Assembly: GCF_001194135.2 (NCBI RefSeq)
Contig: NC_068983.1
Span: 134,558,005 to 134,622,004, forward strand
Direction of reading: 5' to 3'
Source of the DNA: Octopus bimaculoides
Taxonomy: Eukaryota
Length of the DNA: 64,000 nucleotides
The notes beneath the pieces were generated by a model. That model searched no databases. It was not told where the DNA came from and worked only from the letters and a program-made list of their open reading frames with translations. The position numbers and the translations under genes were made by a program. Shown here in pieces: positions 1 to 28,849 of the stretch (position 1 is its first letter; each line of letters starts with the position of its first letter).

Positions 1-848
1 AAAATCCTGCATTATCAATTGAAGAATTGGTAATAAAGCTTAGTTCAAGCCATACAACTGTTCATCATCATCTTCAACAACTTGGAAAGGTTCCTAAACT
101 TGGAAAATGGGTGCCTCATGAATTGTCCAAAAGCAACTGCAAGTCCCGAGTTGACACCTGCTCTTCTCTCCATTCTTGCGAACTCATTTCACCCTTTTTG
201 GATAGAATTGTGACTGGTGACGAAAAATGGATCTTCTATTGAAATGTTAAACATCGTAAACAGTGGCTTGGTAAAAGGGAAAAGCTCAACCACAACCGAG
301 AAGGGAACTTCATGGAAAAAAGGTTCTTTTCTCTATCTGGTGGGATTGCAAACGAGTAATTCACTTTGAATTGTTACCACTTAATGCAACATTCAATTCT
401 CAAGTTCACTGTCAGCAATTAAAGCGTTTGAACCAAGCTTTGAAGAAAAAAAGACCTGCTTTAGTGAATTGAAAAGGAGTGATGTTTCATCAAGACAATG
501 TGCGACCCCACACTGCAAAGATCGAAGAGCTTGGTTGGGAAAAAATTCCTCTTCCACCCTATTCTCCCAACCTTGCTCCTTCAGACTACCCTTTGTTTCA
601 TAGTTTACAGAATCATTTGGGGGATATAACGTTCGGAAGCCAAGAGGTCAAAACTGATATTTCAGAGTTCTTCGCTTTGAAACCAAAAGAGTTTTACATT
701 GATGGGATTAAAAAGTATGTAAATAGATGGAAGGAAGTCATAGATAATCGGGGAAAGTACATTGATGATTAAATTTCAATTAAATATAACATTTGATCAC
801 TTTTTTCTTCATTCAAAATTCGGACAGAACTTATGGGATGACCTGATA
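1..848 (+). mobile_element. Decayed mariner-family transposon; 5' end lies outside the window
   Basis: ORF fragments carry mariner motifs WVPHEL, RIVTGDEKW, HQDNVRPH and YSPNLAPSDY, broken by stops and frameshifts. The right end reads ...TTATGGGATGACCTGA+TA (847-848), a mariner-like TIR end with a TA target. Confidence 0.92.
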
Positions 849-896
849 GATATAGATATTGATATAGATATAGATATATATAGATATAGATATACA

Positions 897-1098
897 GATC
901 ATCATCATCATCATCGTTTAACATCCACATTCCATGCTGGCATGGGTTGGATAGTTTGACTGATGGCTGGTGAGCCAGAAGGCTGCACCAGTCTCCAATC
1001 TGATCTGGCAAAGTTTCTACAGCTGGATGCCCTTCCTAACGCCAACCACTCCGAGAGTGTAGTGGGTGCTTTTATGTGTCACCGGCATGAGGGCCAGT
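897..1098 (-). mobile_element. 5'-truncated 3'-end copy of the RTE-associated repeat with (GAT)n tail
   Basis: (CAT)n at ~898-915 is followed by the reverse complement of the GGCGTTAGGAAGGGCATCCAGCTGTAGAAAC...CCAACCCATGC module seen at 8190-8340. Confidence 0.8.
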
Positions 1099-1137
1099 AA
1101 TACATATATATATATACATATATATATATATTTATAT

Positions 1138-1388
1138 ACTAGCAGCTAAGCCCAGTTTCACCCGGTCAGTTTGGATGATGTGGCTGTAAAACCTGCTCTG
1201 TGTAAGCATTCGACTTGTTTGGGCATGCTTATGTTTAAAAACAATTTTAAAATGACTTTTTTCTGTCAAAACGCTAAAAATAACTAACCAACAAAAAAAA
1301 ACAACCAAGATTCAACCAAATCAAAAAATAAATCCAAATACTAAGCAAACAAAGGTGAACCATCTCACTTCCATTGTGTGTGCACACG

Positions 1389-1420
<32 letters not shown>

Positions 1421-1645
1421 CATTCACATACCCCACTTTTACATGCACACACATATATATTCACACAGAGTTGAAATGCTGTTTGATTTATTTTTTCAGC
1501 ATACAATTTTCATCATCCCACTACCAAGTATGACATCACCCCTTCATTCCCTCCTTATCCATCTATCACCCCTTCCTTCCTTCCTTATTCATCTATCACC
1601 CCTTCCGTTCTTATTCATAAACACAAGAGCATTATTATAGTAGAT
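1138..1645 (+). mobile_element. Possible non-autonomous Helitron-like (DINE/Lep1-type) element
   Basis: Starts ACTAGCAG..GCCC..TTTCACCCGG, has an internal (CA)n and a short pyrimidine-rich duplication, and ends TATTATAGTAGAT. Call rests on terminal-motif resemblance only. Confidence 0.4.
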
Positions 1646-2454
1646 TTATCTCAGTAACCATGGGAGCTATGAAAGAAATACAAAGCCCAGCAACACCACC
1701 AGATCATTCTACACATCTGTGTAATTTTTCACACAATTCCACCCAGCTGTTCGACCATGAATCCTAGAACAAGAAAAAATTGCCCATGTCAAATTTATAT
1801 GTATTGATATCGTTATTCAATGAGAATACAATATACTGAATTTCTAATAAATGCTCTTGGTAGGGAAATGTCTAAAACAGTAAAGGTATTTAGACATTTA
1901 ATAAGAGCGATTATATATTACATTCTAAAATAAAGGCAAAATATAAAAGGCAAAAATTTAACTACTTTTATTTTCTGCATTTATGGATTTCACATTGAAG
2001 AGAACAGAATTATGGGATCTATATTACACCCAACCATTATGGATTACCACAGAGGATTTTACTACGGATTTATATTTTTCTTCAAAATTTTTAGCACAAG
2101 GTTGTACCAATGCATATCTACGCCAGTAACTTTTAAACAACATCTTTAAACAATATCATTTTCATATATTTTTAAATAGCAATTGATTGACTACATGGAA
2201 ATTCACCCTCTTTCTCTTTGATGAGTGGATGTATTACCTAATAATGATTATCAATTTTAGATTCCATTTCTAAGGGTAATACATTCACAAAACGATTGTA
2301 AGATATTTTAAACTTTTTAAATAACCATGCTTTATATATTTATACATCTATCTATTAATACAATATTATTTTGGATATATATCTTCTGTGATGATTTTTT
2401 GATGTAATTTTCCTGCTCTTATTTTATAATATAATGAGTGTGTGTGTGTGTGTG

Positions 2455-3115
2455 TATTAATCAAAGTGTACAGTATTATATATCCATTATAGCTGATCTT
2501 ACCTATCAGTTTCACATTAGGGGTTGAATGAAGTGTTAGGTAACAGTCCAATTATGTAACCCTGCGCTCTTCAGAGATACCCATTATGGAATGAAATATA
2601 GCAACTACTCTCTATTGTTGGAGGTGAATAGACACATTTGGTTTGAAACAAATCAAGCAAGGGATTAAGTCAAAAGTTATGTCTCTTGGTATCAAAGACA
2701 TCAACTCTGGGGGTGGTTTTGTTGCAAGTTGGCAAGGGTTGTCTGGAAAAGGGTTTATGGGAAATGTGTGTCTTTAAGGTTGGTGTTCTTGTGATGAAAA
2801 TGGAATGTGTGTAATGGTACTATATGTATAGCCTTTGTGGGGGTGGGTGATACAGATCTGTGTTTGTTTGTGTGTTTTCTGTCTTTTATGTTTGATTAAA
2901 TTCTTGGGGCATTTATGTATGCATGTGGTATGTAGGGATACAATATGTGTTGGGGGCTTATATTGGAGGGGGTGGAAAAATGTCCATTGGGTGGGTGTCT
3001 GCTGTGCAGGAGCACAGGGCATGCATGTTTATTTGTGGATGCATTTGTGTATGTTCTGGTCAAACTCTGCTGGACTCCCAGTTATTGGTGGAGAGCTGAA
3101 GTAGGAGGACTGGTG
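2455..3115 (-). mobile_element. ~600-bp hammerhead-bearing repeat (Penelope-like or retrozyme-like), copy 1
   Basis: Alignable by eye to the reverse complement of 3385-3981. The 3' end carries a hammerhead fold. Confidence 0.7.
2483..2590 (-). ncRNA. Type I hammerhead ribozyme motif with intact core
   Basis: Minus strand reads TCCATAATGG-GT-ATCT-CTGAAGA-GCGCAGGG..36 nt..CCCCTAATGT-GAAA-CTGATAG-GTA-AGAT-CAG-CTATAATGGA. It has CUGAAGA (2574-2568), GAAA (2513-2510), a GUA triplet (2502-2500), and stem I ATCT/AGAT plus a 9/10-pair extension. Confidence 0.75.
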
Positions 3116-3384
3116 ATTATAGTCACGATGGGGCATATAGGTATGATAGGATATACTTCCTTTCATGTGGGTAAGGGTTAAAGATTTCACTTCTGCTGTT
3201 CAGGTAGATGCCTGGTGCTGAGAGCTTTTAAAAATTACTCTATTCTCAGCTAGGCATAATCTGTACTTCCTACTGCTATTAAAGTATGACTTACATTTCT
3301 CTAGAATACTCCACTTTATGCTGTACTCGGTGATGATTTCTTTCGACGACCATATGTACTTGGCCAGGGTTGTGGTGTTACATC

Positions 3385-3981
3385 TCTCCAGACCTCCAAC
3401 TTTGGCCCTCCACCAGCAGCTGGGAGTCCAGCAAGGTGTTTGACCAGAACATAAACATACACTTCAGACCCCCCCCCCACCCCCACCCAATATAAGCCTC
3501 CACATATTATACTACTATGCACACTACATGCATACATAAAGGCCCCAAGAATTTAACCAAAACATAAAAGAAAGAAAACGCACAGATCTGTACCCCCTCC
3601 CTCGCAAAGGTTATGCATATAGTACCACTAAAAACCAACCTTAAAAACACACATTTCTCAAACTCTTTTCCAGAAAACTCTTGCCAACTTGCAGCAAAAC
3701 CACCCCCAGAGTTGATGTGTTTTGATACCAAGGGACATAACTCTTCAGTTAATCCCTTGCTTGATTCGTTTCATCTTTTTCACAGCAACCACAAACCAAA
3801 TGTCTATTCACCTCCAGCAATAGAGAGCAGTCGCCATATTTCTTTCCATAATGGGTACCTCTGAAGAGCGCAAGGTTACATAGTCAAACTGTTACTTAAC
3901 ACTCTGTTGAACTCCTGGTGCAGAACCAGTCGGTAAGATCAGCCGTAATGGATATATAATACTGTACACTTTGATTAATAT
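3385..3981 (+). mobile_element. ~600-bp hammerhead-bearing repeat, copy 2 (inverted relative to copy 1)
   Basis: Homologous to 2455-3115 in the opposite orientation and ends ...ACTGTACACTTTGATTAATA like copy 1. Confidence 0.7.
3845..3952 (+). ncRNA. Hammerhead motif with degenerate core (AGAA in place of GAAA)
   Basis: TCCATAATGG-GT-ACCT-CTGAAGA-GCGCAAGG...CCTGGTGC-AGAA-CCAGTCG-GTA-AGAT-CAG-CCGTAATGGA. Confidence 0.6.
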
Positions 3982-3984
3982 ATC

Positions 3985-4250
3985 ATTATCATCTTCATCA
4001 TTTGATGTCCATTGTCCATGCTGGCATGGGTTGGATGGTTTGACTGGGCTGGCACACTGGAAGGCTGTGCCATGCTCCAGTCTGATTAACATGGTTTTCT
4101 ATGGCTGGATGCCCTTCCTAATGCCAACCACTCCAAGAGTGTAATGGGTGCTTTTGCCACCAGCACGGGTGCCATTTGCACGACACTGATATCTGCTACG
4201 ACTGCGATTTTGCTTGGTTTGCCATAATGCCAAAGGTCTTGGTCATTGCC
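3985..4250 (-). mobile_element. RTE LINE 3' end with (GAT)n tail
   Basis: CAT-rich tail, the TTAGGAAGGGCATCC module, and the end of the RT C-terminus near 4200-4250. Confidence 0.75.
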
Positions 4251-4482
4251 TCCGTGAAGCCCAACACTCGGAAAGAGCTCATCCACTTTGCTTCCATGAG
4301 GCCCAACACTTGAAAGGAACTTGGCTACCTCACCTCCGTCAGGCTTGCTTGAAAGGAAATCAGCCACCTTACCTCTGTGATACCCAGCACTTGAAAGGAA
4401 CTCAGCCACTTTCCCTCCATGAGACCCAACGCTTGAAAAATACTCAGCTACTTTGCCTCTCTGAGGCCCAACGTTCAAAGGT
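4250..4482. repeat. ~41-bp minisatellite, about 6 degenerate units
   Basis: Unit approx. CTCCATGAGGCCCAACACTTGAAAGGAACTCAGCCACTTTG, with CCCAAC anchors at about 4260, 4301, 4383, 4424 and 4466. Confidence 0.8.
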
Positions 4483-4509
4483 TGATTTTTTTACATACCA
4501 TCAACATGA

Positions 4510-5875
4510 GTGAAATAGGCTTGATGAGTCCTCTTAAGCAAAGCACATCATCAAAGGTTTCGGTCACTAGTCATTACTTCTGTGAGGTTCAAAGTTTGAA
4601 GGTCATGCTTCACCACCTTGTCCCATGTCTTCCTGGGTTACCTCTGCCACAGGTTCCCTCTACAGTTAGAGATGGGCACTTCTTTACACAGCTGTCCTCG
4701 TCCATACGCATCACATGACCATACCAGTGCAGTCGACTCTCTTGCACACCACATCTAATTCCTGTTATGACTAACTTTTCTCTGAAGATGCCTACACTCT
4801 GTCAAACATGCACACTAACATTGCATATCCAGCGAAGCATTCTGGTTTCATTTCTCTCAAGCATACACATGTCCTCAGCTGTTGTAGCCCATGTTTCACT
4901 GCTATGCAGCATAGCTGTTTGCACACAGACATCAAACAATCTGCCTTTCACTCTGAGAGAGAGGCCCTTTGTTGCCAGCAAGGGTAGGAGCTCTCTGAAC
5001 TTTGCCCAGCTTAATCTTATTCTTACAGCTACGCTCTCAGAACAATCACCTCCACTACTAACCTGGTCTCCTAGATACTGGAATCTATCTACTACCTCTA
5101 GCTTGTTCCCCTGGCAGTTGATGGAGTCTATTTTCTGCACATGTTTGGTATTTATTATGTCTGTGCACCTTCCACATACAAAAGTTAGTTTCTATGTTAA
5201 CCTTCCTTTGATGTTGCTGCACCTTTTGTCTGTCCAAAGCTTACACTGGGTGCATCTTATGGAGTTTCTACCTACATCTTTTCTACAGATTGAGCAGGGC
5301 CAGCTACCTGCGGGTATTTGTAATTTGTATGCCTTCCTACTTATTATGACTTTAATTTTTGCTAGGTTAACTCTAAGGCCCTTTGATTCTAGACCTTGTT
5401 TCCATACCTGGAACTTCTTCTCAGGTAGTGATTCAGCTATAAGAGCAAGGTCATCAGCATAGTGGAGCTCCCAGGGGCAGCCTGTCCTGAATTCCCTGTT
5501 CTTACCTGGAGGACTATGAACAAGAGGAGGCTGAGCACTGATCCTTGTTGAACCCCTACTTGTACCCTGAATTCTTCGCTGTACTCGTTGCCCACTCTCA
5601 CCTAACTGGTAGCATCCCTCTACAAGGCTTGTACAGCTCTCACCAACCACTCGTCTATCCTTAGTTTCCAAATTGATCACCAGCTAATGGATCAGGGGAC
5701 TCTGTCAAAAGCTTTCTCCAAGTCAACAAAAGCCAAGTACAGAGGTTTATCTTTGGCTATGTATTTCTCCTGAAGTTGCCTTACCAAAAATATGGCATCA
5801 GTGGTGCTTCTACTTGGCACAAAGCCAAACTGCATCTCATCTAGACTAACTCTCCCTGATTAGTTGGACTATGAC
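4510..5875 (-). mobile_element. Decayed RTE-clade LINE (RT domain to C-terminus)
   Basis: Translations GCPWELHYADDLALIAES, FQYLGDQVSSGG, KGRLFDVCVQTAMLHSSETW and the reverse complement of a GRGxPRKTW C-terminus. Multiple frameshifts. Confidence 0.9.
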
Positions 5876-5942
5876 TCTCTCTGCAACTTTCATCACCTGA
5901 TCCAACAATTTGATACCTCTGTAATTATTTATTTCTATCTAA

Positions 5943-5982
<40 letters not shown>

Positions 5983-6239
5983 GTGGATCATATGTCTGAA
6001 AAAGAGGCACACTCTAAAAGTTAGAGCATTAATATATTTACATGAAGTTAAATATATGTCTGGTCATAGAGTGACCAATGGTTTTGCATCCATAAAATGC
6101 TTAGCTTTATAGATGACTCACCATACTCCAATGGCTGGGGGCATATAACTTCTCTTCAAGCTGGAGATAGAAAACTGTTATGGTCAGTTAATTTGTAAAC
6201 AAATAATAATATACATGTCTGGACCTTAAATAAGATTGA

Positions 6240-7154
6240 TTATTGCCCTTAGATCGGTCCGGTCAGCAAATCTTATGGACCTAAAGGGCAAACAGAAAAT
6301 TGCCCTTATGTTGTTCTGGTTTGCAAGTACTTTTTATGGCTCTAATCAGCAAACGTAGAATCCCATGCCTGCTATGCAAAGCTTGCATTGTCTGCTCCTG
6401 TTTACATAAGATCCTGGTTGTTCTGTGATCCTTCACTTAATTCCATATGGACTCCCTTCATCCTTAAGGCAACACACATGACTGGCCAGGGACGTGACGT
6501 CACTTCTTTCCAGGACCCTAAAAGATGACCAGCTTAAATGCAGCTGACGTGATGTATCTCTGAACTTGAGTGCTGGTTGTATATTTTCCATTGTCTCTGT
6601 GCCTCTGGTGTATCTTCCATTGGTTCTGGGCCTGAAGTTGTTGCAGCTGCTGTTGTTGGAGCTATCACCAGTGCTGTTATTACAGAGTGTGAGTCCAGCA
6701 ACACTGCTGGAGCTGTAGTTGTTGTTGCAGTAGTCATCACTGGCCATAGTGTTGATGTTGCTGATGATGTTGTGGTTGCCATCGCTGTTAATTCTGAGTG
6801 TGGGACTGGTAGTTCAGCTGGTGTGGTTATCAACTCTGGCTGTAGCACTGATGCTGGTGCTGTGGTCGTTGTTGTCTGTGCTGGTGTTTCTTCCACTTAA
6901 TGCATTGCTGTTGTTGCTGCCTCTGTTGTTGCCATTGTTATTGTCAATGTTGTTGGATGAGCTGCTTCAGTTGTAGTTGTTGGTGCTGATGTTTCTGCCA
7001 CTAAATGCATTGTGGTCAATGCTGCCTCCATCATTACCGTTGTTGTCGTTGATGTTGTTGAATGAACCACTGCTGCTATTGCTCTGATTGTTAGGGCTGG
7101 ATACCACCATAGCCTCAAATATGACTCTCCCAGCCTCGTATTGCCCCCCCCCAC
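6240..7154 (-). mobile_element. Decayed Penelope-like element: Thr/Ala-rich tract followed by a GIY-YIG endonuclease C-terminal region
   Basis: Hand translation: TSLASHVCCLKDEGSPYGIK*RITEQPGSYVNRSRQCKLC resembles the PLE endonuclease consensus (T.LS.H.W.LK...Y.IKW.I....SY.N..K.C.LC). Upstream, YTRGTET and WKIYNQHSSS lie in shifted frames. Confidence 0.6.
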
Positions 7155-7394
7155 CTACTTCTCCCAACACACACACATACACACACTCACACTGAGCAGT
7201 CAGTGTACTCCCTGCATGAGCTATATTCAACATTCAAACTTGACTAGCTATGTTCAACATTTAACTTTAAGCAGCCTCGTTGAACATTCAGTTTCTACTA
7301 ACTATTCTTAGTATTTAACTTCTGTTTGCTACAACCAGCATTTAACTTTGGTTAAGGACATGCAATGTTCAGTTAGCTAGATAAATATTCAGAC

Positions 7395-8341
7395 ACAGTT
7401 GTGGTGTGCAAGAGAGACGATTGCACTGGTATGGACATGTGGCAGGAAAGGACGAGGATAGCTGTGTGAAAAAGTGCCACACCCTAGCAGTTGAGGGAAC
7501 CCATGGAAGAGGTAGACCCAGGAAGACCTGGGATGAGGTGGTGAAGCATGACCTTCGAACTTTAGGCCTCACCGAGGCAATGACTAGTGACCGGGACCTT
7601 TGGAAATATGCAGTGCGTGAGAAGACCCGGCAAGCCAAGTGAGAGCATAATCTGGGGCCTCTGCCAGAAGTGTAGCCAGCTCACTTATTCGTATCTTTAC
7701 TTCATTGGACACTAAACTCTGCTTGCGAAGTCCTGTTGAGGCAAGTGAATTTGAAATCAAACTAAATTCGACGACTGGCACCCATGTCAACCTCTCCTTC
7801 ATTGGACACTAAACTCTGCTTGCGAAGACCTGTTGGGGCAAGTGAAATCAAAATCGTAATTGAACTATATTCAATGACTGGCACCTGTGCCAGTGGAGCA
7901 GTAACAACACTGTCCGAGCATGATCATTGCCAGAACAGCTGTCTGGCTTCCGTGCTAGTGGCCCGTAAATAGCACCATTTGAGCATGATCGTTACCAGCG
8001 TTGCCTAACTGGCATTTGTGCCGGTGGCACGTTAGAAAATCATTCGAGCGAGGTCGTTGTCAGTGCTGCTGGACTGGCTCCGTGCAGGTGGCACATAAAA
8101 AACACCATTTTGAGCGTGGTCATTGCCAGTTCTGTGTGACTGGCCCTCGTGCCGGTGGCACATAAAAGCACCCACTACACTCTTGGAGTGGTTGGTGTTA
8201 GGAAGAGCATCCAGCACTGTAGAAACTCTGCCAGATCAGATTGGAGCCTGGTGCAGCCATCTGGTTCACCAGCCATCAGTCAAATCGTCCAACCCATGCT
8301 AGCATGAAAAGCGGACGTTAAACAATGATGATGATGATGAT
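7395..8341 (+). mobile_element. RTE LINE 3' portion: RT C-terminus, tandem-repeat 3' UTR and (GAT)n tail
   Basis: ORF 7406-7642 (RRLHWYGHVAG...HGRGRPRKTW) runs contiguously into an internal duplication, ~5 repeats with a GTGCNGGTGGCAC core, the TTAGGAAG(G/A)GCATCC module and GATGATGAT. Confidence 0.88.
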
Positions 8342-8420
8342 CTATGTAGATTAAGCCTTTAAAATTCAGCTCAGCTTCATTCTTAGACAACATACCTATA
8401 ATGGGTGTTTTATTTTGAAG

Positions 8421-27621
<19,201 letters not shown>

Positions 27622-27622
<1 letters not shown>

Positions 27623-27627
27623 ATAAA
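27622..27627 (+). terminator. Candidate AATAAA polyadenylation signal overlapping the ABCG stop codon
   Basis: ...AAG TG[A ATAAA]TAA. Usage unknown. Confidence 0.3.
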
Positions 27628-27827
27628 TAATAATGATAATATGTGTTTCATTGTATTACAACTCTTAATATAAATTAATATCTTGCAGAAGAGAAACTAA
27701 TTGTATAATTGATGAATATTTTAAGGGAAGGAATATAGTTATTAGAATTGTCTTCCATCCATGTCCAATGCCCTTGACATTAAAAAGTCCTTGATTTATT
27801 GACCCACTTATTCTTATCAGCCTTACT

Positions 27828-28230
27828 CTTTTATTCCTTTACTTGTTTTAGTCATTGGACTGTGGCCATACTGGGGCATCATCTTGAAGGGTTTTTAGTT
27901 GAGCAAATCAACCCTCAATATTTATTTTAAGTCTAGTATTATTCTATCAGTCTCTTTTGCCAAACCAAGTTGCAAGGATGTAAACAAACCAACACCTGTT
28001 ATCAAGTGGTGGGGAGACAACACAAGCATGCACACACACACACACACACACACACATGCATACATGCACATATACACATATATGTATATATGACGGGCTT
28101 CCATATTGTTTCCATCATTCAAATTTACTTACAAGGCTATAGCAGAAGATAGTTGCCCAAGGTGCTGTGCAGAGGGATTGAAACAAAAACCATGTGGTTG
28201 TGAAACAAACTTCCTACCCACACAGCCAAG
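27828..28230 (-). mobile_element. tRNA-derived SINE, family with internal (TG)/(TA) tract
   Basis: Reverse-complement homolog of 35112-35474. Confidence 0.75.
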
Positions 28231-28849
28231 CTTGGCCTATGTTTATAACTATTACTTAATTTACCTTGATGGTATTTGGTATCTACAATACCAAAAAAAA
28301 AAAAAAAAGTCAGTGAGGGGACACATGTACAATAATATGAAACTATACTATATCAATAAAACTATTGAGATAAATATAGATTTAAAAGAAGGAATGAGTT
28401 ATTTTTACTCTTGCAAGCATCAAATCCCAGTATTTCTTCTGGAAAAGGAATAAGACTCAAGTTCAATCCCTTGTCTTCTGTCAAGTTTTATGGTCCATAT
28501 TCACTTTTATGAGGGAAAGATATTTTCTCATTCAGGTAAGACTTGATAAAATGTACAAGAATCATCATTGTTGAAGCAGGTTCCCATCCTTAGCATTGTG
28601 AATTACCACAAAATATAAGAGTGAATATACATAGTTTACTAAGAACAGTCACAAAGTAATCCATGTCATTAGTTTGGTTGGTAGGTTTCCTAATCAAATC
28701 ATTTATAAATTTTCAGTAAATTTCACATACATAAATTTTAAGCCTTAGACAAGAATATTCAGAATAGTGTCTTAATTTCCTATATCTTGTATCTCTCATT
28801 GGCTTATTCAAGAAATAAAGAGAATTGACTGACAATAAAAACCACTGGA

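Noticed and set aside
6495-6502. TGACGTCA (CRE) site
   Set aside because: It lies inside decayed Penelope-like coding sequence without other promoter features.
7860-8175. CRISPR-like appearance of the regularly spaced repeats (also 39250-39520, 55245-55410)
   Set aside because: These are degenerate tandem units inside a eukaryotic LINE 3' UTR, with no unique spacers and no cas genes.
8148-8230. Twister or HDV-like ribozyme in the RTE module
   Set aside because: GCCGGT..TAAAAG superficially resembles twister but lacks its conserved core, and no HDV P1 partner for GGCGTTA is found downstream.
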